Positions 19,995-28,954 of a stretch of DNA of 64,000 bases are shown piece after piece (position 1 is the stretch's first letter; every line of letters starts with the position of its first letter). The position numbers and the translations under genes are program-made. Source of the DNA: Candidatus Nitrospinota bacterium M3_3B_026. GTDB taxonomy: Bacteria > Nitrospinota_A > UBA7883 > JBPRGF01. The DNA is taken from the NCBI GenBank assembly GCA_051418015.1, contig JBPRGF010000003.1:32001-96000 (forward strand), in the 5' to 3' direction. The notes beneath the pieces were generated by a model that searched no databases, had not been told where the DNA came from, and saw only the letters and a program-made list of their open reading frames with translations.

Positions 19995-20220
19995 CAGCGC
20001 CCCGCTCGTTGTCTAAAATTTCCCTCATCAGCCGTAAAGTTTCCTCGGCGGCGGCGGGGTCTATCTTCTCTATGGCGAAGCCCGCGTGGATCATCACGTA
20101 GTCGCCCACCTTCACGTCGTCGAGGGTCATGCGGGACGCCTGTTTTCTCACCCCGTCGATCTCCGCGACGAGGGAGAACTCCGACACCTCGATGACCTTC
20201 ATTGGAACCGCCACGCACAT
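19981..20220 (-). CDS. hypC: Hydrogenase chaperone HypC
   Basis: MCVAVP and VGDYV.IHAGFAI motifs. Confidence 0.95.
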   Translation of the reverse strand: MCVAVPMKVIEVSEFSLVAEIDGVRKQASRMTLDDVKVGDYVMIHAGFAIEKIDPAAAEETLRLMREILDNERGADEIR

Positions 20221-20313
20221 TTTTTAAACCTTTAAAAACCTGCCCCGTGATCGCCGCATAGATATAGAGTCCAAAAACCTCATCAGCTTTACCAGTATCA
20301 TGCCGCTGAAAAT

Positions 20314-20382
20314 TGTCATTCTGAGCGCAAGCGAAGAACCCCATCCAAGGGCGGGATGCTTCGCCTCCGGCTCAGCATGACA
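20314..20382. repeat. REP-like palindrome, GTCATTCTGAG type
   Basis: tgtcattctgagcgcaagcgaagaacc...gatgcttcgcctccggctcagcatgaca. Confidence 0.8.
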
Positions 20383-20427
20383 TTGCAAAGAGACATGGTC
20401 TGACAAAACATCAACCCGTCAAGAATC

Positions 20428-22719
20428 CTATTCCAACGACCTTGCCGCCACGACGGCCTGGCCGAGCGATATCCCCCCGTCGTTCGGCGGGACGCGGCTG
20501 TGGCGAAAAACTCTGAACCCGTCCGCCTCCAGCATCGCCCCGAGTCTATCGGAAAGGTACGCGTTCTGGAAGACGCCGCCGGATAAAAAGACCCGGTCGA
20601 GCCCTGTTTTCTCCTTTATCCGCGAAACCATCGCCCGCGACGCCCCGGCCACGGTGTTGTGGAACTTCGCGGCGATCACGCCCGTATCCCGTCCGCCAAG
20701 GATGTCGTCCACCATCCCCGTGAATGCTGGCGAAAAGTCGAGAATCGCGGGATTGGAGTCATCGTTGATCGAGCAGCCATAAAAATCCTCAACCCCCTCC
20801 GCCGCCGCCATCTCAAGCTCCATAGCCGCCTGGCCCTCGAAAGAGGCCACGCCCCGCGGACCCAGCAGCGCCGACGCCGCGTCGAAAAGCCGCCCCATCC
20901 CGTGGGACAACGGGGTGTTGATCCCGCGCTCTACCATCTTCCTTATAAGCTCAAGGTTCTCCTTGGGGGTTTTTTCAAGCCACGGCGCGGGCAGCTTCGG
21001 GAGATCGGCGCCGTAAAGCTCGAACAGGACGGCAAGGGCGATCCTGTACGGCTCCTTTATCGCCTTGTCGCCGCCGGGCAGGGGGACGGGTTTTATCGTC
21101 GCCGCGCGTTCGAAACTCTCGATCCCGCCGGCTAAAAACTCCCCGCCCCATATCTGTCCGCCGTGGCCGTAGCCGGTGCCGTCGAAGATGACGCCGATGG
21201 CCTCGCCGTCCTGCTGGGTCTCGGCCATGAGGGAGGCGAAGTGGGCGTGGTGGTGCTGTACGACGACGCGCCCCTCCCCAGCCCGCTCCTCGGCGTAGCC
21301 CGAGCTCCAGTAGAGCGGATGGGCGTCGCAGGCGATGGCGGCGGGCTCGGCCACGTCCATGAGCTTTAAAAAACTTTCTATCCCCGCCTTGAAGGAGTTA
21401 TAGACCGATTCGTATTTCAGGTCCCCCATATGCTGGCTTAAAAAAGCGCGGTCGCCCTTTATCAGGCAGAAAGTGTTCTTCAGCTCCCCCCCGGCGGCAA
21501 GGACGGGCGGATACTCCCTGTCGAGCTGGACGGGGACGGGGGCATAGCCGCGCGACCTTCGCAGGATGACGGGGCCGTGGCTCATCACGCGCTCGATGGA
21601 GTCGTCGGCCCGGGCATGGATCGGCCTGTCGTGGACGAGGAAAGCGTCGGCTATCCCGGCGAGGCGCTCCTCGGCGTCGTCTTCCGTGTGGACGATCGGG
21701 TCGTCGCTTACGTTGGCGCTTGTCATGACCAGCGCGGCGAAGCCCCCCTCCTTCAGTAGCAGGTGATGAAGGGGCGAGTAGGGCAGCATCGCCCCCAGAA
21801 AGCTGTTCGAAGGGGCGATGCCCGGCAGAACGTCCGGGTTCTTTTTGCGAACCAGCGTGATGGGATGGGGTCTGCTTTCAAGCAGCGACGCCTCGACGGC
21901 GCCCACGTCCGCGAACTTTCCGAGGGTTTCAAGGTCCGGCGCCATGATCGCGAAAGGTTTCTCGTCGCGTCTCTTTCGCTCGCGCAGCCGGGCGACGGCC
22001 GCCTCGTCCTCGGCGTTCACGGCCAGGTGGTAGCCGCCGATCCCCTTTATGGCGGCGATCTTTCCGGCCTTGAGCAGGGCGATGGTCTCCGTCAGCGGAT
22101 CGTTCGCCGCCGCCAGCCTGAAAGCCTCGTCCCTCAAAAAGAGGCGCGGGCCGCAGACCGGGCAGGCGACGGGCTGGGCGTGGAACCTGCGGTCGGCGGG
22201 GTTCTCATACTCCGCCCTGCACTTGCCGCACATCTCGAACCGGCGCATGGTCGTGTTCGGCCGGTCGTAGGGGATGGCGGTTATGATAGTGAAGCGCGGG
22301 CCGCAGTTCGTACAGTTGATGAAAGGATAGCGGTACCGCCTGTCCGCCGGGTCGAAAAGCTCCCGCAGGCAGTCGCCGCATACGTCCGAGTCCGGCGCGA
22401 CGAGGGCCGTTTTCACCCCTTCGTCCTCGCTTTCCCTGATGGAAAACCCGCTCGTTCCCAGGATCGGCGCATCCCTGGAGTTGACCTTCGTGATGTGCGA
22501 AAGCGGCGGGGCCAGCGCCGCCAGGCCGCGCTCGAACTCTTTGACGTCGTCCTCGTCCCCCTCCACCTCGATTATCACGCCGCGGCTGTTGTTTATGACG
22601 TAGCCGGAGAGGCTCAGCCGCTCGGCGAGGGAGTGGACGAAGGGCCGGAAGCCGACCCCCTGGACGATACCCTCCACGGTGATCCTCCTGCGGACGGGGT
22701 CAGGGTCACAGCAGCTCAT
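20428..22719 (-). CDS. hypF: Carbamoyltransferase HypF
   Basis: VQGVGFRP, zinc fingers, QHHHAH and PNDGGISLGQ motifs. Confidence 0.97.
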   Translation of the reverse strand: MSCCDPDPVRRRITVEGIVQGVGFRPFVHSLAERLSLSGYVINNSRGVIIEVEGDEDDVKEFERGLAALAPPLSHITKVNSRDAPILGTSGFSIRESEDEGVKTALVAPDSDVCGDCLRELFDPADRRYRYPFINCTNCGPRFTIITAIPYDRPNTTMRRFEMCGKCRAEYENPADRRFHAQPVACPVCGPRLFLRDEAFRLAAANDPLTETIALLKAGKIAAIKGIGGYHLAVNAEDEAAVARLRERKRRDEKPFAIMAPDLETLGKFADVGAVEASLLESRPHPITLVRKKNPDVLPGIAPSNSFLGAMLPYSPLHHLLLKEGGFAALVMTSANVSDDPIVHTEDDAEERLAGIADAFLVHDRPIHARADDSIERVMSHGPVILRRSRGYAPVPVQLDREYPPVLAAGGELKNTFCLIKGDRAFLSQHMGDLKYESVYNSFKAGIESFLKLMDVAEPAAIACDAHPLYWSSGYAEERAGEGRVVVQHHHAHFASLMAETQQDGEAIGVIFDGTGYGHGGQIWGGEFLAGGIESFERAATIKPVPLPGGDKAIKEPYRIALAVLFELYGADLPKLPAPWLEKTPKENLELIRKMVERGINTPLSHGMGRLFDAASALLGPRGVASFEGQAAMELEMAAAEGVEDFYGCSINDDSNPAILDFSPAFTGMVDDILGGRDTGVIAAKFHNTVAGASRAMVSRIKEKTGLDRVFLSGGVFQNAYLSDRLGAMLEADGFRVFRHSRVPPNDGGISLGQAVVAARSLE

Positions 22720-23369
22720 TTGACGAGGGAGAGAAGGTAGTCATGCCAGCCCTGAAGGCCCTCGCCGGTCCTGGCGGAGACGTGAAAAATCTTTATGTCC
22801 GGGTTCATCTTGCGCGCGAAGGCCGCGGCGCGGGCCGGGTCGAAATCGACATGGGGCAAAAGGTCGATCTTGTTGATGACCATCGCCTTCGATATCCTGA
22901 AAATCTTTGGATATTTTTCGGGTTTGTCGTCCCCTTCCGTGACGGATATCACGACAATTTTCGCCGCCTCGCCGAGGTCGTAGGAGGCGGGGCAGACAAG
23001 GTTTCCCACGTTTTCGATGAAGACGATCCCGCCGCCCGGGCTCAGCCCCGAAAGCGCCCCGTCCACCATCGCAGCGTCGAGATGGCAGGCCGACACCGTG
23101 TTCACCTGGACGACCGGGGCCCCCGTGGCGGCGATTCTTCTGGCGTCGTTGTCGGTCTCCTGGTCGCCTTCTATCACCGCCATTGGGACCGAGCCGCGAA
23201 GGGCTGTGAGGGTCTTTTCAAGCAGTGTCGTCTTGCCCGCCCCCGGCGAGCTTACAAAGTTCAGCGCCACGGCCCCGGCGGCGGCGAGCCTGTCTCTGTT
23301 CGCGCGGGCGATATCGTCGTTTTTCGCCAGGACGTCTTTTTTTATTCTCAGAATTTTTAAGTCGCTCAT
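22716..23369 (-). CDS. hypB: Nickel-insertion GTPase HypB, no His-rich N-terminus
   Basis: SSPGAGKT, CHLDA, ENVGNLVCP and NKID motifs. Confidence 0.95.
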   Translation of the reverse strand: MSDLKILRIKKDVLAKNDDIARANRDRLAAAGAVALNFVSSPGAGKTTLLEKTLTALRGSVPMAVIEGDQETDNDARRIAATGAPVVQVNTVSACHLDAAMVDGALSGLSPGGGIVFIENVGNLVCPASYDLGEAAKIVVISVTEGDDKPEKYPKIFRISKAMVINKIDLLPHVDFDPARAAAFARKMNPDIKIFHVSARTGEGLQGWHDYLLSLVK

Positions 23370-23448
23370 TCCCCCACCACCTCGCGAACCAGGGGGTCCT
23401 CGCCCGCCGTGAGGGCCGCGAAGCAGAAGCACAGAAATTTCACGCCGC
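23366..23448 (-). pseudogene. Collapsed relic copy of hypA
   Basis: Reads VKFLCFCFAA-LTAGEDPLVREVVGE*, versus hypA LAFCFEAA...LKAGEELMIREMEVE*. Confidence 0.7.
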
Positions 23449-23787
23449 TCATTCCACCTCCATCTCGCGTATCATAAGCTCCTCGCCCGCCTTGAGGCTG
23501 GCGAACCCGGAGCATGACGGGCATGTGAAAAACCTGCTGGCCGGCTTAAAATCGATGCCGCAGGCCGGGCAGTGGGCCAGGGGTTTTACTTTGTTGATGA
23601 CAAGCTCCGCGCCCCCGGCCATGCCGCCGTCCGCCGCCGCCTCGAAGCAGAACGCCAGCGCCTCGGCCACGACGCCCGAAAAATCCCCCACCTCCACGGT
23701 GACGCTTTTTATCCGCTCCGCGCCGGCCTTTTCAGCCTCCACCACGGCCGCCTCCACGAGGCTCGCGGCCACCGACATCTCATGCAA
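23449..23787 (-). CDS. hypA: Nickel metallochaperone HypA (TTG start)
   Basis: (M)HEMS start, two CxxC motifs, GGAGG RBS. Confidence 0.93.
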   Translation of the reverse strand: MHEMSVAASLVEAAVVEAEKAGAERIKSVTVEVGDFSGVVAEALAFCFEAAADGGMAGGAELVINKVKPLAHCPACGIDFKPASRFFTCPSCSGFASLKAGEELMIREMEVE

Positions 23788-24328
23788 ACCACCCCTCCGC
23801 GCAAAAACAACTCTCACGTGATTATATACCCCCTCACCCCATCCGCGGCCAGACTCATGCGGGGCCATTCATCCGCGCCATGGGGATATTTCAGGCTGGG
23901 TGGGGGCTTTTCACGGCCATCCCTCGGCAGACCTGGGGGGGGTTGTATGAATTCGTATACAAACGGGAGTTTGACGTATCCTTCCCCCAAAACGCGCGCC
24001 GAGCCTCCGCCGCGCTTTGAACGCCCCGGCGAAAAGCCGCCCAAGGGCCGGACCGGCCTTCGCCAGAGGAAGTTATCCATATGTATTTGCGCTAGTTATG
24101 ACCGGCCACGCCACGGCCGGCAGCGGAGCGCCCTCCGGAAAAAGATGTAACGAATAATGACATACGCCCTGCTTGATCCCTCGACACCGGAAAACGTTGT
24201 CAAAAACCGTCGTCCGCGGTGGCGCCGTGAGCGGCCACTTTTTCCCGTGTCAAACCCATGACGCGCCGCCCCGGAAATAACCGATTGTATTTATTGCATA
24301 TATACCAAGGCCAAGGCTCCGGGAAGCT

Positions 24329-24345
24329 TTGGCGCCAGTGTTGCA
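24329..24345 (+). promoter_or_regulatory. Sigma54 -24/-12 promoter
   Basis: TTGGCGCCAGTGTTGCA (GG-N10-GC). Confidence 0.7.
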
Positions 24346-24368
24346 ACACTACCAGTGCAGGAGGAAGA

Positions 24369-24587
24369 ATGACTCGACGGAAACTCTCGAAAAAAACGCT
24401 GGCCGCGACGCCGCTTGAGATCGTGGACATCTTTTACGACGAGGCCCGCAGGATAGCAAGCGACGACAAGGAAGCCGTGGAGCTGACCAACCAGGCCGTG
24501 CGCGACTTTTTGTCCCATTACCGGCTCGTTAAGGACAGGTCGAAGGACCGGGACGAGCTTTCCGACACGCGGCTCGCCGTCGGCTGA
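24369..24587 (+). CDS. Small hypothetical protein (72 aa)
   Basis: AGGAGG RBS, host-like codons, sigma54 promoter upstream. Confidence 0.7.
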   Translation: MTRRKLSKKTLAATPLEIVDIFYDEARRIASDDKEAVELTNQAVRDFLSHYRLVKDRSKDRDELSDTRLAVG

Positions 24588-24603
24588 AGGGCGCGCCGCT
24601 TTT

Positions 24604-25128
24604 CTATCCCTCCTGAACAGCTCTCAAGACCTCGCGGCCGAAATCCCTCGCGGCTGAAGGCCCCTGCCCGGTGATGATCTTTCCCGAGCGGACGACTGGT
24701 TTATCCTGAAAATTCACGCCGCATTCCGAGTAGACCGCCATGGATTCCGGGGATTTCCAGACCGTCGCCGGGACGCCTTTCAGGAGGCCCGCCCTGGCCA
24801 GGACGGCGCCGGACAGGCATATGGCGGCCACGATTTTACCCGCCTCGAAGTGGCGCCGGGCGATCTCGTGGACCGTTTTGTTGTCCCACAGATGGGCCGG
24901 GGAGCCCGCCCCGCCGACGATCACCACCGCGTCGTAGACTCCACCCGCCACATCGCCGAGGTCGTGGGTCACGTTCTCCCTGTGGCCCAGCATCCCGGCC
25001 GCCTCGCCCTTTTTAGTGGAGGCGACGGTCACCTCCAGCCCGGCGGCGGTGAAGATCTCGCGGGGGTGGTTCAGCTCCTCGTCGCGGAATTTTTCCGGGG
25101 CGATTATCATCAGAACTTTTTCGGTCAT
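24604..25128 (-). CDS. DJ-1/PfpI family protein
   Basis: F.DEEL..P, GG.G and AAIC nucleophile motifs. Confidence 0.9.
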   Translation of the reverse strand: MTEKVLMIIAPEKFRDEELNHPREIFTAAGLEVTVASTKKGEAAGMLGHRENVTHDLGDVAGGVYDAVVIVGGAGSPAHLWDNKTVHEIARRHFEAGKIVAAICLSGAVLARAGLLKGVPATVWKSPESMAVYSECGVNFQDKPVVRSGKIITGQGPSAARDFGREVLRAVQEG

Positions 25129-25179
25129 GGCGCGTCTCCTTCCCGGCCGGAGGTTTTGAGAGTGCTTTTGTCTTTCAAT

Positions 25180-25351
25180 GAGACCTTCGCATAAATAACA
25201 GCTTTCATGAAATTTGCGACCCTGAGCCTCCAGGCGAAGGACCTTGCCTTTTTTATCGCAATAAAATCAAGATCCTTCACGTCGCGGCGAAGACGCCGCC
25301 TGTTCAGGACGACAATACCTGGCGCGCTGGCCTGGTTTACGCGAAAGTCTC
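25180..25351. mobile_element. MITE-like element with a second type of terminal inverted repeat
   Basis: gagaccttcgcataaa / tttacgcgaaagtctc (14/16) enclosing a degenerate REP-like hairpin. Confidence 0.55.
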
Positions 25352-25515
25352 GCTTTTAATATAACGCCGTTTTCGGGGTGATATCCCGCGCATCTTTCGC
25401 GGGCGGCGCCTCTTTTTTCACGGCGACGCCAAATGACCAGCCGGAAAAAGGGGGGCGATGGTATAATGAGGTGTTAACCAGAGAATTATTCAACCTGAGC
25501 GAGGCATAGCGGACA

Positions 25516-25863
25516 ATGCATTTCAGCCTGAAAGACATTTTCATCGTCAGCGTCCTGGGGCTTGGCGGGGCATTGCTTGTGAACCACTACGCCGGGCTCG
25601 ACATAGGCTTCCTGAACAGGATAGAGGGCGCCATCGTCTCTTCCGGGCAGGGAAGCGGCCTCAGGGCAAGCTCCGGGTTCGTCTCCACCTCCGGCGACGA
25701 GGAGTCGGACTGCTACGACAAATCCAAAGTCTCCGGCGACGCCCGGTTCTCCTTGCGCCAAAGGATAAAGGAGGCGAAGGAGGCGGGGAACTGGGAGCTT
25801 CAGCGCGAGCTCGAAGGCAGGCTGGAGAGCCTGACGGAGAGGGAGCGCGGCGGATGCCTCTGA
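25516..25863 (+). CDS. Hypothetical membrane-anchored protein
   Basis: N-terminal hydrophobic helix, charged C-terminus. Confidence 0.6.
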   Translation: MHFSLKDIFIVSVLGLGGALLVNHYAGLDIGFLNRIEGAIVSSGQGSGLRASSGFVSTSGDEESDCYDKSKVSGDARFSLRQRIKEAKEAGNWELQRELEGRLESLTERERGGCL

Positions 25864-25974
25864 GGCTGGCCGGGGTTTGACCTTTCCGTCCCGGCCAGTT
25901 ACATTCAAAGGCATGGACCCGACACTTCAAGCCAGCCCCCCTTCTTGCCGCGCCCGGCGCGCTCTGGACAGCCG

Positions 25975-26448
25975 ATGTTATTGAGACTCTTCTTTTTGTT
26001 CACCGCCGTTCCGCTGGCCGAGCTTGCTCTGCTGATAAAGCTGGGGACATACATAGGGACCGGCGAGACCATCCTCCTCGTGCTGGTGACCGGCGCCCTG
26101 GGGGCGTGGCTTGCCAGGGAGCAGGGGATGCGCGTGATCGGGGAGTTCAACGACGCCGCCCGCAGGGGCGAAACTCCCGCCGACCAGCTGATTGACGGTT
26201 TCCTGGTGACCATTGGCGGGGCGCTGCTGATAACCCCCGGCGTCATGACCGACTTTGTGGGCCTGGCCCTGGTGGCGCCCTGGAGCCGCCGCGCCGTCCG
26301 CGAATATCTCAAAAAACGCCTGAACGCCCAGGTGAACGTCGTATCCTTTCGATCCGGCCCCGCGGGGTTTTATTACACCCACCGGAGCGGACAGGGGGAT
26401 CGGCCTCCCGCCGGGCGGGACGATGATGACGACATAATAGATGTCTGA
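25975..26448 (+). CDS. fxsA: FxsA family membrane protein
   Basis: F..VPL.EL, GG.LL.TPG..TD motifs and acidic tail. Confidence 0.88.
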   Translation: MLLRLFFLFTAVPLAELALLIKLGTYIGTGETILLVLVTGALGAWLAREQGMRVIGEFNDAARRGETPADQLIDGFLVTIGGALLITPGVMTDFVGLALVAPWSRRAVREYLKKRLNAQVNVVSFRSGPAGFYYTHRSGQGDRPPAGRDDDDDIIDV

Positions 26449-26845
26449 GCGAAAACAGGGGCGCCGGGGGATAGTTCTTTTCGCCCACGGCAGCCGGGAG
26501 CCGAGCTGGAAGGGGCCTTTCACGAGGCTTGAAAAAATCCTCTCCGGCGCCATGGACGGGGCCGTGGCGCGATCGGCCTTCCTGAAAGACCTGGAGCCGG
26601 GGCTTTTCGAGGTTGTCGCGGAGATGGCGGAAGGGGGGATCTCGAAAATCACGGTGGTTCCCGTTTTTCTTGCCGTGGGGGCGCATTCGGCCCGGGATTT
26701 CCCGGAGATGGAACGGCGGCTCAAGGAGCGCCACCCGGAGATCGAGTTCGAGTGGACACAGGTGATGGGCCAGTGGGACGAGACGATGCGCGCCCTGGCG
26801 GACGTGATCGCGGAAAAACTCAGGGGGCGCCCGCCGGGCGGCTAG
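26441..26845 (+). CDS. CbiX/SirB short-form chelatase
   Basis: AHGSR and VPVFL..G.H motifs. Confidence 0.85.
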   Translation: MSERKQGRRGIVLFAHGSREPSWKGPFTRLEKILSGAMDGAVARSAFLKDLEPGLFEVVAEMAEGGISKITVVPVFLAVGAHSARDFPEMERRLKERHPEIEFEWTQVMGQWDETMRALADVIAEKLRGRPPGG

Positions 26846-28269
26846 ACCGCCGCGGCGCGGCGCTGCAGGTCGAAGGTCAGCGTTATCTCGTTGCCCTTCC
26901 CCCCGAACTCCACCTTGCTGGTCAGCGCCTTGATAATCAAAAGCCCCCGCCCGTGGGGCTCCTCGCCCCCCGCCGGGACCGCCTCCCTGGCCCGCCAGTT
27001 GAACCCCGGCCCCTCATCCCGGATGGTGAACCTGGCCTGTTTCCTGTCGAACTCGTAGGTCACCTCCACCTTCCTGGACTTGTAAGGCTCCTGGGTCATC
27101 CGTTGGCGGGCGAGCTCGTTGAACCGCTCGAAGTCCGTCTCCTTCAGCCCAGAGGGCGCCTCCAGGTTGCCGTGGTATATGGCGTTCGCGAGCGCCTCGT
27201 CCAGCGCCAGCTCTATCGACCGTTTTTTCACCGTCTCCGCCGCCGTCTCCACCACCTCGCCGAGGTAGAGCGAGACGGCGGGGATGATGTCCGGGTCGCT
27301 CGGCAGGATGAGCCTGCTTTCACCGCGGTGGACGTAGCGGAACGCCTTCGTCATCAGCTCCGCTTTCTCCGCCTCGTCCACGGCGCTTGAGAGGCGGTCG
27401 ATTATCTGCGACACCTCCGCGGCGTCCTCGAGCCCCATGTCCCGCGCCCTGGCCCGGACGAATTTTCTCACCTCCGCGTTGCGCTCGCGCTCATCCTTCA
27501 GCATCCGCTCCCGTTCGCGCTTGCGTTCGGCCAGCGTCCGGGCCGTCTGAAGCGCCGCGTCCGCGATTATCTTTATCTCTTTCGTCCCGTAATCAGGCAG
27601 GCTGACGTTGAACCTCTCATCGCGGAAGCTGGTTACGACGTCGGCTATCTCCCTCATCGGCCTGGAGACGGTGGTGTAGACCATGACCAGCAGCGCCACG
27701 GCCATCAGGGATATCACCAGCGCCAGCGTGAACACCATCTTCCGGGCGACCTCTTCCGACGCGCGCGCCTGCTCGCTCAGGTCGAAGCTGATGACCGCAA
27801 GGCCGTTGACCACTCCCGGCGGGACGGGTTCTCCGTTCATGCCAAGGTGGCAGCCGCCGCAGCGCTCGTCGGTCACGAAGGGATAGATTATCCTGAGCCT
27901 CGTCTCCGAGTCCCTGGCTTCTATGACATCCCCCGTCCGCAGGGCCAGGCGCTCCAGGTCGTCCTTCGGGTGTTCGTCTCTTTTCATGCCGTGCTGTTTG
28001 ATGACATGCTCGCTTCGCACCATCCTGAAGTCGAAGTTCTGGCCTTTTTTCATGTCGGCGATGACGTTGGCTATCCTGTCGTAATCGCCGGTGCTTATCA
28101 TGGTACCCAGCAGGCCGGAGCGGATGAGGCTTGCTGTCTGGCGGGCGTTTCGCTTGGCGGCGGCGAGGTCTTTTTCCTTGAGCGCGGCGCCCAAAAAAAG
28201 GCTCAACACCATGATCAGCGCCACGGCCGACGCGACGACCATGATGAACATCTTCCACTGAAGTCTCAT
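26842..28269 (-). CDS. Membrane sensor: periplasmic heme-c domain, HAMP-like linker and RsbW-type ATPase/Ser kinase
   Basis: Two TM helices flanking CGGCH; C-terminal EAL.NAI.HGN, DEG.GF and GRGL motifs. Confidence 0.8.
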   Translation of the reverse strand: MRLQWKMFIMVVASAVALIMVLSLFLGAALKEKDLAAAKRNARQTASLIRSGLLGTMISTGDYDRIANVIADMKKGQNFDFRMVRSEHVIKQHGMKRDEHPKDDLERLALRTGDVIEARDSETRLRIIYPFVTDERCGGCHLGMNGEPVPPGVVNGLAVISFDLSEQARASEEVARKMVFTLALVISLMAVALLVMVYTTVSRPMREIADVVTSFRDERFNVSLPDYGTKEIKIIADAALQTARTLAERKRERERMLKDERERNAEVRKFVRARARDMGLEDAAEVSQIIDRLSSAVDEAEKAELMTKAFRYVHRGESRLILPSDPDIIPAVSLYLGEVVETAAETVKKRSIELALDEALANAIYHGNLEAPSGLKETDFERFNELARQRMTQEPYKSRKVEVTYEFDRKQARFTIRDEGPGFNWRAREAVPAGGEEPHGRGLLIIKALTSKVEFGGKGNEITLTFDLQRRAAAV

Positions 28270-28352
28270 ACCATCCCGCTGCGGCGATTCAAGTGAAAGG
28301 ATTATATCCCATGGACCGGCGGCGGAGCGCGTTCACCGTGGTCCGGGTGAAG

Positions 28353-28724
28353 TCACGTCCCCCCCAGCGCCAGCCGCAAGAACGCCTCGATCCTCGCCCG
28401 GGAGGGTCTCCGGCCGCTTTTTATCATCATCGGCCCGCCGTATATCGACCCCCAGCCCGAAAGCTCATCTCCGAAGCGGAATATCACCCTGCGCGACACG
28501 TTCTCCCTCAGCCCGCCGGCGATGGCGGCGGGGGCGCGGTCCGCCGGGGCTGCTACCGCGGCGGCGTGATGGGTCTTCTCCATCGTCAGGCTGTCGAGGG
28601 CAAGGCCCATGCTCTCGGCCTCCTCGCGGAATATCCCAGGAAGCGGCTCTTCCATCCTCTTCGTCATGGGAGGATCCAAAACGATCACGAAGACGATATG
28701 ATACCTGATATCGGATAAAATCAT
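28353..28724 (-). CDS. IS200/IS605 TnpA-fold protein lacking catalytic residues
   Basis: YHIVF...IFREEA...EKTHHA...SRR...F...IEAFL in register with Y1 transposases; GGAGG upstream. Confidence 0.65.
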   Translation of the reverse strand: MILSDIRYHIVFVIVLDPPMTKRMEEPLPGIFREEAESMGLALDSLTMEKTHHAAAVAAPADRAPAAIAGGLRENVSRRVIFRFGDELSGWGSIYGGPMMIKSGRRPSRARIEAFLRLALGGT

Positions 28725-28954
28725 CCCGTCTTTCCTCCCCGGACGCGCGGCCCGGCGCTGGTTCGAGGATAAACCCGGCGCGGCGCGGGTTCAAGCCCGA
28801 CTCGCGCGGGCCGCCCTTCGGCGGAGTTTACCTTGTCATGCCGGACTGAGTGAAGCATCCCTGACATCCCGGGTCAAGGGCCGTCCGCCGGCGCGCCTTC
28901 CCGCTCCCTCCCCCGTCCAAATCACCGGCCGGGATATGTTATATTGAAAAAATC

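Noticed and set aside
28740..28954. TPP riboswitch upstream of thiG
   Set aside because: CTGAG is present, but the CTGAGA...ACCTGA...GGGA core is not. The segment looks like a degenerate REP.
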